From assembly GCA_964016885.1 (NCBI GenBank), contig OZ024755.1, positions 44,392,001 to 44,456,000 of the forward strand: DNA of 64,000 bases, given 5' to 3'. A program made the position numbers and the translations under genes. Shown here piece after piece: positions 14,701 to 31,400 of this stretch; the first letter of the stretch is position 1, and every line of letters starts with the position of its first letter. The notes under the pieces are model-generated. The model saw nothing but the letters and a program-made list of their open reading frames with translations. It had not been told where the DNA came from and made no database searches. Source of the stretch: Eledone cirrhosa. Its lineage: Eukaryota.

Positions 14701-16488
14701 AGTACCAACGTATACTGTGTACCACAGTTGACAACACCAACATATACTGTGTACCACAGTTGACAGTACCAACATATACTGTATACCACAGTTGACAGTA
14801 CCAACATATACTGTGTACCAGAGTTGACAGTACCAACATATACTGTGTACCACAGTTGACAGTACCAACATATACTGTATACCACAGTTGACAGTACCAA
14901 CATATACTGTGTACCACTGTTGACAGTACCAACATATACAGTGTACCACAGTTGACAGTACCAACATATACTGTGTACCACAGCTGACACTACCAACATA
15001 TACTTGTACCTCAGTTGACAGTACTACCATATATTGTGTACCACCGTTGACAATACCAACGTATACTGTGTACCACAGTTGACAGTACCAAAGTATACTG
15101 TGCACCACAGTTGACAGTACCAACATATACTGTGTACCACAGTTGACAATACCAACATATACTGTGTACCACAGTTGACAATACCAACACATATAGTGTA
15201 CCACAGTTGACAATACCAACACATATAGTGTACCACAGTTGACAGTACCAACGTATACTGTGTACCACAGTTGCCAATGCCAACATATACTGTGTACCAC
15301 AGTTGAGAGTACCAACATGTACCGTGTACCACAGTTGACAGTACCAACGTATACTGTGTACCACAGTTGACAGTACCAACGTATACTGTTTACCACAGTT
15401 GACAATACCAACATATACTGTGTACCAGAGTTGACAGTACCCACGTACACAGTGTACCACAGTTGACAGTTCCAACATATATGGTGTACCACTGTTGATA
15501 CTACCGACATATACTGTGTAGCACAGTTGACAGTACTAACATATACTGTGTACCACAGTTGAGAGTACCACCATATACTGGGTACCACTGTTGACAGTAC
15601 CAACATATACTGTGTACCACAGTTGACAGTACCAACATATACTGTGTACCACAGTTGACAGTACCAACATATACTGTGTACCACAGTTGACAGTACTAAC
15701 ATATACTGTGTACTACAGTTGACAGTACCAACATATACTGTGTAACAGAGTTGACAGTACCAACATGTACTGTGTACCACAGTTGACAGTACCAACATAT
15801 ACTGTGTACCACAGTTGGCAGTACCAACATATAATGTGTACCTCAGTTGACAGTACCAACACATACTGTGTACCACAGTTGACAGTACCAACGTATACTG
15901 TGTACCACAGTTGACAGTACCAACGTTTACTGTGTACCACAGTTGACAGTACCAATATATACTGTGTAACACAGTTGACAATACCAACATATAATGTGTA
16001 CCACAGTTGACAGTACCAACGTATACTGTGAACCACTGTTGGCAATACCAACATATACTGTGTACCACAGTTGACAGTACCAACATATACAGTGTACCAC
16101 AGTTGACAGTACCAACATATACTGTGTACCACAGTTGACAGTACCAACATATACTGTATACCACAGTTGACAGTACCAACATGTAACGTGAACCACAGTT
16201 GACAATACCAACGTATACTGTGTACCACAGTTGAGAGTACCAACGTATAGTGTGTACCACAGTTGACAGTACCAACATACACTGTGTACCACAGTTGACA
16301 GTACCAACATATACTGTGTACCACAGTTCACAGTACCAACGTATACTGTGTACCACATTTGACAGTACCAACATATACTGTGTACCACAGTTGACAGTAC
16401 CAACATATACGGTGTACCACTGTTGACAGTACCAACATATACCGTGTACCACATTTGACAGTACCAACATATTCTGTGTACCACTGTT
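11753..16488 (+). repeat. HOR-A copy 3 (4,733 bp)
   Basis: Same variant order as copy 2 with a few SNPs (e.g. GTACCACAGCTG ~12065 vs GTACTACAGCTG ~7332). The match ends at about 16489. Confidence 0.88.
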
Positions 16489-19400
16489 GACAGTACCAAC
16501 ATATACTGTGTACCACAGTTGACAGTACCAACATGCACAGTGTACCACAGTTGACAGTACCAACGTATACTGTGTACCACAGTTGACAATACCAACATAT
16601 ACTGTGTACCACAGTTGACAGTACCAACATATACTGTGTACCACAGTTGAAAGTACCAACGTATACTGCGTACCACAGTTGACAACACCAACATATACTG
16701 TGTACCACAGTTGACAGTACCAACATATACTGTATACCACAGTTGACAGTACCAACATAGACTGTGTACCACAGTTGACAGTACCAACATATACTGTGTA
16801 CCACAGTTGACAGTACCAACATATACTGTATACCACAGTTGAAAGTACCAACATATACTGTGTACCATTGTTGAAAGTACCAACATATACCGTGTACCAC
16901 AGTTGACAGTACCAACATATACTGTGTACCACAGCTGACACTACCAACATATACTTGTACCTCAGTTAACAGTACTACCATATATTGTGTACCACCGTTG
17001 ACAATACCAACGTATACTGTGCACCACAGTTGACAATACCAACATATACTGTGTAGCACAGTTGACAATACCAGCACATATAGTGTACCACAGTTGACAG
17101 TACCAACGTATACTGTGTACCACAGTTGCCAATGCCAACATATACTGTGTACCACAGTTGAGAGTACCAACATATACTGTGTAACACAGTTGACAGTACC
17201 AACATAGACTGTGTACCACAGTTGACAGTACCAACATATATTGTGTACCACGGTTGACAGTACCAACATATACTGTGTACCACAGTTGACAGTACCAACA
17301 TATACTGTGTACCATAGTTGACATTACCAACGTATATTGTGTACCACAGTTGACAGTACCTACATGTACTGTGTACCACAGTTGACAGTACCAACATATA
17401 CTGTGTACCACAGTTGACAGTACCAACGTATACTGTGTACCACAGTTGACAGTACCAACATATAACGTGTACCACAGTTGGCAGTACCATCATATACTGT
17501 GTACCACAGTTGACAGTACCAACATATACTGTGTACCACAGTTGACAGTACCAACATATACTGTGTACCATAGTTGACATTACCAACGTATATTGTGTAC
17601 CACAGTTGACAGTACCAACATACACCGTGTACAAGAGTTGACAGTACCAACATATACTGTGTACCACAGTGGCGAGTACCAACATAAACTGTGTACCACA
17701 GTTGACAGTACCAACATATACTGTGTACCACAGTTGACAGTACCAACATATACTGTGTACGACAGTTGACAGTACCAACATATACTGTATACCACAGTTG
17801 ACAGTACCAACACATACTGTGTACCACAGTTGACAGTACCAACATATACTGTGTACCACAGTTGACAGTACCAACATATACTGTGTACCACAGTTGACAG
17901 TACCAACATATACTGTGTACCACAGTTGACAGTACTAACATATACTGTGTACTACAGTTGACAGTACCAACATATACTGTGTACCACAGTTGACAGTACC
18001 AACATGTACTGTGTACCACAGTTGACAGTACCAACATATACTGTGTACCACAGTTGGCAGTACCAACATATACAGTGTACCACAGTTGACAGTACCAACA
18101 TATACTGTGTACCACAGTTGACAGTACCAACATGTACCGTGAACCACAGTTGACAGTACCAACGTATACTGTGTACCACAGTTGAGAGTACCAACGTATA
18201 GTGTGTACCACAGTTGACAGTACCAACATATACTGTGTACCACAGTTGACAGTACCAACATATACTGTGTACCACAGTTCACAGTACCAACGTATACTGT
18301 GTACCACATTTGACAGTACCAACATATACTGTGTACCACAGTTGACAGTACCAACATATACTGTGTACCACTGTTGACAGTACCAACATATACCGTGTAC
18401 CACATTTGACAGTACCAACATCTACCGTGAACCACAGTAGACAGTACCAACATATACTGTTTACCACTGTTGACAGTACCAACATATACCGTGTAACACA
18501 GTTGACAGTACCAACATATACTGTGTACCACTGTTGACAGTACCAACATATACCGTGTACCACAGTTCACAGTACCAACGTATACTGTTTATGTTACCAC
18601 AGTTGACAGTACCAACATATACTGTGTACCACAGTTGAGACTACCAACATATACTGGGTACGACTGTTGACAGTAACAACATATACTATGTACCACAGTT
18701 GACAGTACCAACATATACTGTGTACCACAGTTGACAGTACCAACGTATACTGTGTACGACAGTTGACAGTACCAACGTATACTGGGTACCACATTTGACA
18801 CTACCAACATATACTGTGTACCACAGTTGACAGTACCAACGTATACTGTGTACCACAGTTGACGATACCAACATATACTGTGTACCACAGTTGACAGTAC
18901 CAACATATACTGTATACCACAGTTGACAGTACCGACATATACTGTGTACCACAGTTGACAATACCAACATATACTTTGTACCACGGTTGACAGTACCAAC
19001 GTATACTGTGTACCACTGTTGACAATATCAACATATACTGTTTACCACAGTTGACAGTACCAACATATACTGTGTACCACAGTTGACAGTACCAACATAT
19101 ACTGTGTACCACAGTTGACAGTACCAACATATACTGTGTACCACAGTTGGCAGTACCAACATATAATGTGTACCACAGTTGACAGTACCAACATATACTG
19201 TGTACCACAGTTGACATTACCAACATATACTGTGTACCACAGTTGACAGTACTAACATATACTGTGTACTACAGTTGACAGTACCAACATATACTGTGTA
19301 CCACAGTTGACAGTACCAACATATACTGTGTACCACAGTTGACAGTACCAACATATACTGTGTACCACAGTTGAGAGTACCAACATACACCGTGTACGAC

Positions 19401-22400
19401 AGTTGACAGTAAAAACATATACTGTGTACCACAGTTGAGAGTACCAACAAACTGTGTACCACAGTTGACAGTACCAACATATACTGTGTACCACAGTTGA
19501 CAGTACCAACATATACTGTGTACCACAGTTGACAGTACCAACATATACTGTATACCACAGTTGACAGTACCAACATATACTGTGTACCACAGTTGACAGT
19601 ACCAACATATACTGTGTACCACAGTTGACAGTACCAACATATACTGTGTACCACAGTTGACAGTACTAACATATACTGTGTACTACAGTTGACAGTACCA
19701 ACATATATTGTGTACCACAGTTGACAGTACCAACATATACTGTGTACCACAGTTGGCAGTACCAACATATAATGTGTACCTCAGTTGACAGTACCAACAT
19801 ATACTGTGTACCACAGTTGAAAGTACCAACGTATACTGTGTACCACAGTTGACAGTACCAACGTATACTATGTACCACAGTTGACAGTACCAATATATAC
19901 TGTGTAACACAGTTGACAATACCAACATATAATGTGTACCACAGTTGACAGTACCAACGTATACTTTGAACCACTGTTGGCAATACCAACATATACTGTG
20001 TACTACAGTTGACAGAACCAACATATACAGTGTACCACAGTTGACAGTACCAACATATACTGTGTACCACAGTTGACAGTACCAACATATACTGTGTACC
20101 ACAGTTGACAGAACCAACATGTACCGTGAACCACAGTTGACAGTACCAACGTATACTGTGTACCACAGTTGAGAGTACCAAAGTATAGTGTGTACCACAG
20201 TTGACAGTACCAACATATACTGTGTACCACAGTTGACAGTACCAACATATACTGTGTACCACAGTTCACAGTACCAACGTATACTGTGTACCACATTTGA
20301 CAGTACCAACATATACTGTGTACCACAGTTGACAGTACCAACATATACTGTGTACCACTTTTGACAGTACCAACATATACCGTGTATCACATTTGACAGT
20401 ACCAACATATACTGTGTACCACTGTTGACAGTACCAACATATACTGTGTACCACAGTTGACAGTACCAACATGTACCGTGTACCACAGTTGACAGTACCA
20501 ACGTATACTGTGTACCACAGTTGACAATACCAACATATACTGTGTACCACAGTTGACAGTACCAACATATACTGTGTACCACAGTTGAAAGTACCAACGT
20601 ATAATGTGTACCACAGTTGACAACACCAACATATACTGTGTACCACAGTTGACAGTACCAACATATACTGTATACCACAGTTGACAGTACCAACATATAC
20701 TGTGTACCACAGTTGACAGTACCAACATATACTGTGTACCACAGTTGACAGTACCAACATATACTGTATACCACAGTTGACAGTACCAACATATACTGTG
20801 TACCACTGTTGACAGTACCAACATATACAGTGTACCACAGTTGACATTACCAACATATACTGTGTACCACAGCTGACACTACCAACATATACTTGTACCT
20901 CAGTTGACAATACTACCATATATTGTGTACCACCGTTGACAATACCAACGTATACTGTGTACCACAGTTGACAGTACCAACGTATACTGTGCACCACAGT
21001 TGACAGTACCAACATATACTGTGTACCACATTTGACAATACCAACATATACTGTGTACCACAGTTGACAATACCAACACATATAGTGTACGACAGTTGAC
21101 AATACCAACACATATAGTGTACCACAGTTGACAGTACCAACGTATACTGTGTACCACAGTTGCCAATGCCAACATATACTGAGTACCACAGTTGAGAGTA
21201 CCAACATGTACCGTGTACCAAATTTGACAGTACCAACGTATACTGTGCACCACAGTTGACAGTACCAACGTATACTGTTTACCACAGTTGACAATACCAA
21301 CATATACTGTGTACCAGAGTTGACAGTACCACATATACTGTGTACCACAGTTGACAGTTCCAACATATATGGTGTACCACTGTTGATACTACCGACATAT
21401 ACTGTGTAGCACAGTTGACAGTACTAACATATACTGTGTACCACAGTTGAGAGTACCACCATATACTGGGTACCACTGTTGACAGTACCAACATATACTG
21501 TGTACCACAGTTGACAGTACCAACATATACTGTGTACCATAGTTGACAGTACCAACATATCCTGTGTACCTCAGTTGTCAGTATCAACATATACTGTATA
21601 CCACAGTTGACAGTACCAACATATACTGTGTACCACTGTTGACAGTACCAACATATACCGTGTACCACAGTTGACAGTACCAACATATACTGTGTACCAC
21701 AGCTGACACTACCAACATATACTTGTACCTCAATTGACAGTACTACCATATATTGTGTACCACCGTTGACAATACCAACGTATACTGTGTACCACAGTTG
21801 ACAGTACCAACGTATACTGTGCACCACAGTTGACAGTACCAACATATAATGTGTACCACAGTTGACAATACCAACATATACTGTGTACCACAGTTGACAA
21901 TATCAACACATATAGTGTACCACAGTTGACAGTACCAACGTATACTGTGTACCACAGTTGCCAATGCCAACATATACTGTGTACCACAGTTGAGAGTACC
22001 AACATGTACCGTGTACCACAGTTGAAACTACCAACGTATACTGTGTACCACAGTTGACAATACCAACATATACTGTGTACCACAGTTGACAGTACCAACA
22101 TATACTGTGTACCACAGTTGAAAGTACCAACGTATACTGTGTACCACAGTTGACAACACCAACATATACTGTGTACCACAGTTGACAGTACCAACATATA
22201 CTGTATACCACAGTTGACAGTACCAACATATACTGTGTACCACAGTTGACAGTACCGACATATACTGTGTACCACAGTTGACAGTACCAACATATACTGT
22301 ATACCACAGTTGACAGTACCAACATATACTGTGTACCACTGTTGACAGTACCAACATATACCGTGTACCACAGTTGACAGTACCAACATATACTGTGTAC

Positions 22401-25400
22401 CACAGCTGACACTACCAACATATACTTGTACCTCAGTTGACAGTACTACCATATATTGTGTACCACCGTTGACAATACCAACGTATACTGTGTACCACAG
22501 TTGACAGTACCAACGTATACTGTGCACCACAGTTTACAGTACCAAAATATACTGTGTACCACAGTTGACAATACCAACATATACTGTGTACCACAGTTGA
22601 CAATACCAACACATATAGTGTACCACAGTTGACAGTACCAACGTATACTGTGTACCACAGTTGCCAATGCCAACATATACTGTGTTCCACAGTTGAGAGT
22701 ACCAACATATACTGTGTACCACAGTTGACAGTACCAACATATACAGTGTACAACAGTTGACAGTACCAACATATACTGTGTACCACAGTTGACAGTACCA
22801 ATGTATACTGTGTACCACAGTTGACAGTACCAACATATACTGTGTACCACAGTTGACAGTACCAACATATACTGTGTACCATGGTTGACATTACCAACGT
22901 ATATTGTGTTCCACAGTTGACAGTACCAACATGTACTGTGTACCACAGTTGACAGTACCAACGTATACTGTGTACCACAGTTGACAGTACCAACGTATAC
23001 TGTGTACCACAGTTGACAGTACCAACATATAACGTGTACCACAGTTGGCAGTACCATCATATACTGTGTACCACAGTTGACAGTACCAACATATATTGTG
23101 TACCACAGTTGACAGTACCAACATATACTGTGTACCATAGTTGACATTACCAACGTATATTGTGTACCTCAGTTGACAATACCAACACATATAGTGTACC
23201 ACAGTTGACAGTACCAACGTATATTGTGTACCACAGTTGCCAATGCCAACATATACTGTGTACCACCGTTGAGAGTACCAACATGTACCGTGTACCACAG
23301 TTGACAGTACCAACGTATACTGTGTACCACAGTTGACAATACCAACATATACTGTGTACCACAGTTGACAGTACCAACATATACTGTGTACCACAGTTGA
23401 AAGTACCAACGTATACTGTGTACCGCAGTTGACAACACCAACATATACTGTGTACCACAGTTGACAGTACCAACATATACTGTATACCACAGTTGACAGT
23501 ACCAACATATACTGTGTACCACAGTTGACAGTACCAACATATACTGTATACCACAGTTGACAGTACCAACATATACTGTGTACCACTGTTGACAGTACCA
23601 ACATATACCGTGTACCACAGTTGACAGTACCAACATATACTGTGTACCACAGCTGACACTACCAACATATACTTGTACCTCAGTTGACAGTACTACCATA
23701 TATTGTGTACCACCGTTGACAATACCAACGTATACTGTGTACCACAGTTGACAGTACCAACGTATACTGTGCACCACAGTTGACAGTACCAACATATACT
23801 GTGTACCACAGTTGACAACACCAACATATACTGTGTACCACAGTTGACAATACCAACACATATAGTGTACCACAGTTGACAGTACCAACGTATACTGTGT
23901 ACCACAGTTGCCAATGCCAACATATACTGTGTACCACAGTTGAGAGTACCAACATATACTGTGTACCACAGTTGACAGTACCAACATATACTGTGTACCA
24001 CAGTTGACAATACCAACATATACTGTGTACCACAGTTGACAGTACCAACGTATACTGTGTACCACAGTTGACAGTACCAACATATAACGTGTACCACAGT
24101 TGGCAGTACCATCATATACTTTGTACCACAGTTGACAGTACCAACATATACTGTGTACCACAGTTGACAGTACCAACATATACTGTGTACCATAGTTGAC
24201 ATTACCAACGTATATTGTGTACCACAGTTGACAGTACCAACATACACCGTGTACAAGAGTTGACAGTACCAACATATACTGTGTACCACAGTTGCGAGTA
24301 CCAACATAAACTGTGTACCACAGTTGACAGTACCAACATATACTGTGTACCACAGTTGACAGTACCAACATATACTGTGTACGACAGTTGACAGTACCAA
24401 CATATACTGTATACCACAGTTGACAGTACCAACACATACTGTGTACCACAGTTGACAGTACCAACATATACTGTGTACCACAGTTGACAGTACCAACATA
24501 TACTGTGTACCACAGTTGACAGTACCAACATATATAGTGTACCACAGTTGACAGTACTAACATATACTGTGTACTACAGTTGACAGTACCAACATATACT
24601 GTGTACCACAGTTGAGAGTACCAACATGTACTGTGTACCACAGTTGACAGTACCAACATATACTGTGTACCACAGTTGGCAGTACCAACATATACAGTGT
24701 ACCACAATTGACAGTACCAACATATACTGTGTACCACAGTTGACAGTACCAACATGTACCGTGAACCACAGTTGACAGTACCAACTATACTGTGTACCAC
24801 AGTTGAGAGTACCAACGTATACTGTGTACCACAGTTGACAGTACCAACATATACTGTGTACCACAGTTGACAGTACCAACATATACTGTGTACCACAGTT
24901 GACAGTACCAACATATACTGTGTACCATAGTTGACAGTACCAACGTATATTGTGTACCACAGTTGAGAGTACCAACATACAACGTGTACGACAGTTGACA
25001 GTAAAAACATATACTGTGTACCACAGTTGAGAGTACCAACATAAACTGTGTACCACAGTTGACAGTACCAACATATACTGTGTACCACAGTTGACAGTAC
25101 CAACATATACTGTGTACCACAGTTGACAGTACCAACATATACTGTATACCACAGTTGACAGTACCAACATATACTGTGTACCACAGTTGACAGTACCAAC
25201 ATATACTGTGTACCACAGTTGACAGTACCAACATATACTGTGTACCACAGTTGACAGTACTAACATATACTGTGTACTAGAGTTGACAGTACCAACATAT
25301 ACTGTGTACCACAGTTGACAGTACCAACATATACTGTGTACCACAGTTGGCAGTACCAACATATAATGTGTACCTCAGTTGACAGTACCAACATATACTG

Positions 25401-28400
25401 TGTACCACAGTTGACAGTACCAACGTATACTGTGTACCACAGTTGACAGTACCAACGTATACTATGTACCACAGTTGGCAGTACCAATATATAATGTGTA
25501 CCTCAGTTGACAGTACCAATATATACTGTGTAACACAGTTGACAATACCAACATATAATGTGTACCACAGTTGACAGTACCAACGTATACTGTGAACCAC
25601 TGTTGGCAATACCAACATATACTGTGTACCACAGTTGACAGAACCAACATATACAGTGTACCACAGTTGACAGTACCAACATATACTGTGTACCACAGTT
25701 GACAGTACCAACATATACTGTGTACCACAGTTGACAGTACCAACATGTACCGTGAACCACAGTTGACAGTACCAACGTATACTGTGTACCACAGTTGAGA
25801 GTACCAACGTATAGTGTGTACCATAGTTGACAGTACCAACATATACTGTGTACCACAGTTGACAGTACCAACATATACTGTGTACCACAGTTCACAGTAC
25901 CAACGTATACTGTGTACCACATTTGACAGTACGAACATATACTGTGTACCACAGTTGACAGTACCAACATATACTGTGTACCACTTTTGACAGTACCAAC
26001 ATATACCGTGTATCACATTTGACAGTACCAACATGTACTGTGTACCACTGTTGACAGTACCAACATATACTGTGTACCACAGTTGACAGTACCAACATGT
26101 ACCGTGTACCACAGTTGACAGTACCAACGTATACTGTGTACCACAGTTGACAATACCAACATATACTGTGTACCACATTTGACAGTACCAACATATACTG
26201 TGTACCACAGTTGAAAGTACCAACGTATACTGTGTACCACAGTTGACAACACCAACATATACTGTGTACCACAGTTGACAGTACCAACATATACTGTATA
26301 CCACAGTTGACAGTACCAACATATACTGTGTACCAGAGTTGACAGTACCAACATATACTGTGTACCACAGTTGACAGTACCAACATATACTGTATACCAC
26401 AGTTGACAGTACCAACATATACTGTGTACCACTGTTGACAGTACCAACATATACAGTGTACCACAGTTGACAGTAGCAACATATACTGTGTACCACAGCT
26501 GACACTACCAACATATACTTGTACCTCAGTTGACAGTACTACCATATATTGTGTACCACCGTTGACAATACCAACGTATACTGTGTACCACAGTTGACAG
26601 TACCAAAGTATACTGTGCACCACAGTTGACAGTACCAACATATACTGTGTACCACAGTTGACAATACCAACATATACTGTGTACCACAGTTGACAATACC
26701 AACACATATAGTGTACCACAGTTCACAATACCAACACATATAGTGTACCACAGTTGACAGTACCAACGTATACTGTGTACCACAGTTGCCAATGCCAACA
26801 TATACTGTGTACCACAGTTGAGAGTACCAACATGTACCGTGTACCACAGTTGACAGTACCAACGTATACTGTGTACCACAGTTGACAGTACCAACATATA
26901 CTGTGTACCAGAGTTGACAGTACCCACGTACACTGTGTACCACAGTTGACAGTTCCAACATATATGGTGTACCACTGTTGATACTACCGACATATACTGT
27001 GTAGCACAGTTGACAGTATTAACATATACTGTGTACCACAGTTGAGAGTACCACCATATACTGGGTACCACTGTTGACAGTACCAACATATACTGTGTAC
27101 CACAGTTGACAGTACCAACATATACTGTGTACCACAGTTGACAGTACCAACATATACTGTGTACCACAGTTGACAGTACTAACATATACTGTGTACTACA
27201 GTTGACAGTACCAACATATACTGTGTAACAGAGTTGACAGTACCAACATGTACTGTGTACCACAGTTGACAGTACCAACATATACTGTGTACCACAGTTG
27301 GCAGTACCAACATATAATGTGTACCTCAGTTGACAGTACCAACACATACTGTGTACCACAGTTGACAGTACCAACGTATACTGTGTACCACAGTTGACAG
27401 TACCAACGTTTACTGTGTACCACAGTTGACAGTACCAATATATACTGTGTAACACAGTTGACAATACCAACATATAATGTGTACCACAGTTGACAGTACC
27501 AACGTATACTGTGAACCACTGTTGGCAATACCAACATATACTGTGTACCACAGTTGACAGTACCAACATATACAGTGTACCACAGTTGACAGTACCAACA
27601 TATACTGTGTACCACAGTTGACAGTACCAACATATACTGTATACCACAGTTGACAGTACCAACATGTAACGTGAACCACAGTTGACAGTACCAACGTATA
27701 CTGTGTACCACAGTTGAGAGTACCAACGTATAGTGTGTACCACAGTTGACAGTACCAACAAACACTGTGTACCACAGTTGACAGTACCAACATATACTGT
27801 GTACCACAGTTCACAGTACCAACGTATACTGTGTACCACATTTGACAGTACCAACATATACTGTGTACCACAGTTGACAGTACCAACATATACGGTGTAC
27901 CACTGTTGACAGTACCAACATATACCGTGTACCACATTTGACAGTACCAACATATTCTGTGTACCACTGTTGACAGTACCAACATATACTGTGTACCACA
28001 GTTGACAGTACCAACATGCACAGTGTACCACAGTTGACAGTACCAACGTATACTGTGTACCACAGTTGACAATACCAACATATACTGTGTACCACAGTTG
28101 ACAGTACCAACATATACTGTGTACCACAGTTGAAAGTACCAACGTATACTGTGTACCACAGTTGACAACACCAACATATACTGTGTACCACAGTTGACAG
28201 TACCAACATATACTGTATACCACAGTTGACAGTACCAACATAGACTGTGTACCACAGTTGACAGTACCAACATATACTGTGTACCACAGTTGACAGTACC
28301 AACATATACTGTATACCACAGTTGAAAGTACCAACATATACTGTGTACCATTGTTGAAAGTACCAACATATACCGTGTACCACAGTTGACAGTACCAACA

Positions 28401-31400
28401 TATACTGTGTACCACAGCTGACACTACCAACATATACTTGTACCTCAGTTAACAGTACTACCATATATTGTGTACCACCGTTGACAATACCAACGTATAC
28501 TGTGCACCACAGTTGACAATACCAACATATACTGTGTAGCACAGTTGACAATACCAGCACATATAGTGTACCACAGTTGACAGTACCAACGTATACTGTG
28601 TACCACAGTTGCCAATGCCAACATATACTGTGTACCACAGTTGAGAGTACCAACATATACTGTGTAACACAGTTGACAGTACCAACATAGACTGTGTACC
28701 ACAGTTGACAGTACCAACATATATTGTGTACCACGGTTGACAGTACCAACATATACTGTGTACCACAGTTGACAGTACCAACATATACTGTGTACCATAG
28801 TTGACATTACCAACGTATATTGTGTACCACAGTTGACAGTACCTACATGTACTGTGTACCACAGTTGACAGTACCAACATATACTGTGTACCACAGTTGA
28901 CAGTACCAACGTATACTGTGTACCACAGTTGACAGTACCAACATATAACGTGTACCACAGTTGGCAGTAACATCACATACTGTGTACCACAGTTGACAGT
29001 ACCAACATATACTGTGTACCACAGTTGACAGTACCAACATATACTGTGTACCATAGTTGACATTACCAACGTATATTGTGTACCACAGTTGACAGTACCA
29101 ACATACACCGTGTACAAGAGTTGACAGTACCAACATATACTGTGTACCACAGTTGCGAGTACCAACATAAACTGTGTACCACAGTTGACAGTACCAAAAT
29201 ATACTGTGTACCACAGTTGACAGTACCAACATATACTGTGTACGACAGTTGACAGTACCAACATATACTGTATACCACAGTTGACAGTACCAACACATAC
29301 TGTGTACCACAGTTGACAGTACCAACATATACTGTGTACCACAGTTGACAGTACCAACATATACTGTGTACCACAGTTGACAGTACCAACATATACTGTG
29401 TACCACAGTTGACAGTACTAACATATACTGTGTACTACAGTTGACAGTACCAACATATACTGTGTACCACAGTTGACAGTACCAACATGTACTGTGTACC
29501 ACAGTTGACAGTACCAACATATACTGTGTACCACAGTTGGCAGTACCAACATATACAGTGTACCACAGTTGACAGTACCAACATATACTGTGTACCACAG
29601 TTGACAGTACCAACATGTACCGTGAACCACAGTTGACAGTACCAACGTATACTGTGTACCACAGTTGAGAGTACCGACGTATAGTGTGTACCACAGTTGA
29701 CAGTACCAACATATACTGTGTACCACAGTTGACAGTACCAACATATACTGTGTACCACAGTTCACAGTACCAACGTATACTGTGTACCACATTTGACAGT
29801 ACCAACATATACTGTGTACCACAGTTGACAGTACCAACATATACTGTGTACCACTGTTGACAGTACCAACATATACCGTGTACCACATTTGACAGTACCA
29901 ACATGTACCGTGAACCACAGTAGACAGTACCAACATATACTGTTTACCACTGTTGACAGTACCAACATATACCGTGTAACACAGTTGACAGTACCAACAT
30001 ATACTGTGTACCACTGTTGACAGTACCAACATATACCGTGTACCACAGTTCACAGTACCAACGTATACTGTTTATGTTACCACAGTTGACAGTACCAACA
30101 TATACTGTGTACCACAGTTGAGACTACCAACATATACTGGGTACGACTGTTGACAGTAACAACATATACTATGTACCACAGTTGACAGTACCAACATATA
30201 CTGTGTACCACAGTTGACAGTACCAACGTATACTGTGTACGACAGTTGACAGTACCAACGTATACTGGGTACCACATTTGACACTACCAACATATACTGT
30301 GTACCACAGTTGACAGTACCAACGTATACTGTGTACCACAGTTAACGATACCAACATATACTGTGTACCACAGTTGACAGTACCAACATATACTGTATAC
30401 CACAGTTGACAGTACCGACATATACTGTGTACCACAGTTGACAATACCAACATATACTTTGTACCACGGTTGACAGTACCAACGTATACTGTGTACCACT
30501 GTTGACAATATCAACATATACTGTTTACCACAGTTGACAGTACCAACATATACTGTGTACCACAGTTGACAGTACCAACATATACTGTGTACCACAGTTG
30601 ACAGTACCAACATATACTGTGTACCACAGTTGGCAGTACCAACATATAATGTGTACCACAGTTGACAGTACCAACATATACTGTGTACCACAGTTGACAT
30701 TACCAACATATACTGTGTACCACAGTTGACAGTACTAACATATACTGTGTACTACAGTTGACAGTACCAACATATACTGTGTACCACAGTTGACAGTACC
30801 AACATATACTGTGTACCACAGTTGACAGTACCAACATATACTGTGTACCACAGTTGAGAGTACCAACATACACCGTGTACGACAGTTGACAGTAAAAACA
30901 TATACTGTGTACCACAGTTGAGAGTACCAACAAACTGTGTACCACAGTTGACAGTACCAACATATACTGTGTACCACAGTTGACAGTACCAACATATACT
31001 GTGTACCACAGTTGACAGTACCAACCTATACTGTATACCACAGTTGACAGTACCAACATATACTGTGTACCACAGTTGACAGTACCAACATATACTGTGT
31101 ACCACAGTTGACAGTACCAACATATACTGTGTACCACAGTTGACAGTACTAACATATACTGTGTACTACAGTTGACAGTACCAACATATATTGTGTACCA
31201 CAGTTGACAGTACCAACATATACTGTGTACCACAGTTGGCAGTACCAACATATAATGTGTACCTCAGTTGACAGTACCAACATATACTGTGTACCACAGT
31301 TGAAAGTACCAACGTATACTGTGTACCACAGTTGACAGTACCAACGTATACTATGTACCACAGTTGACAGTACCAATATATACTGTGTAACACAGTTGAC

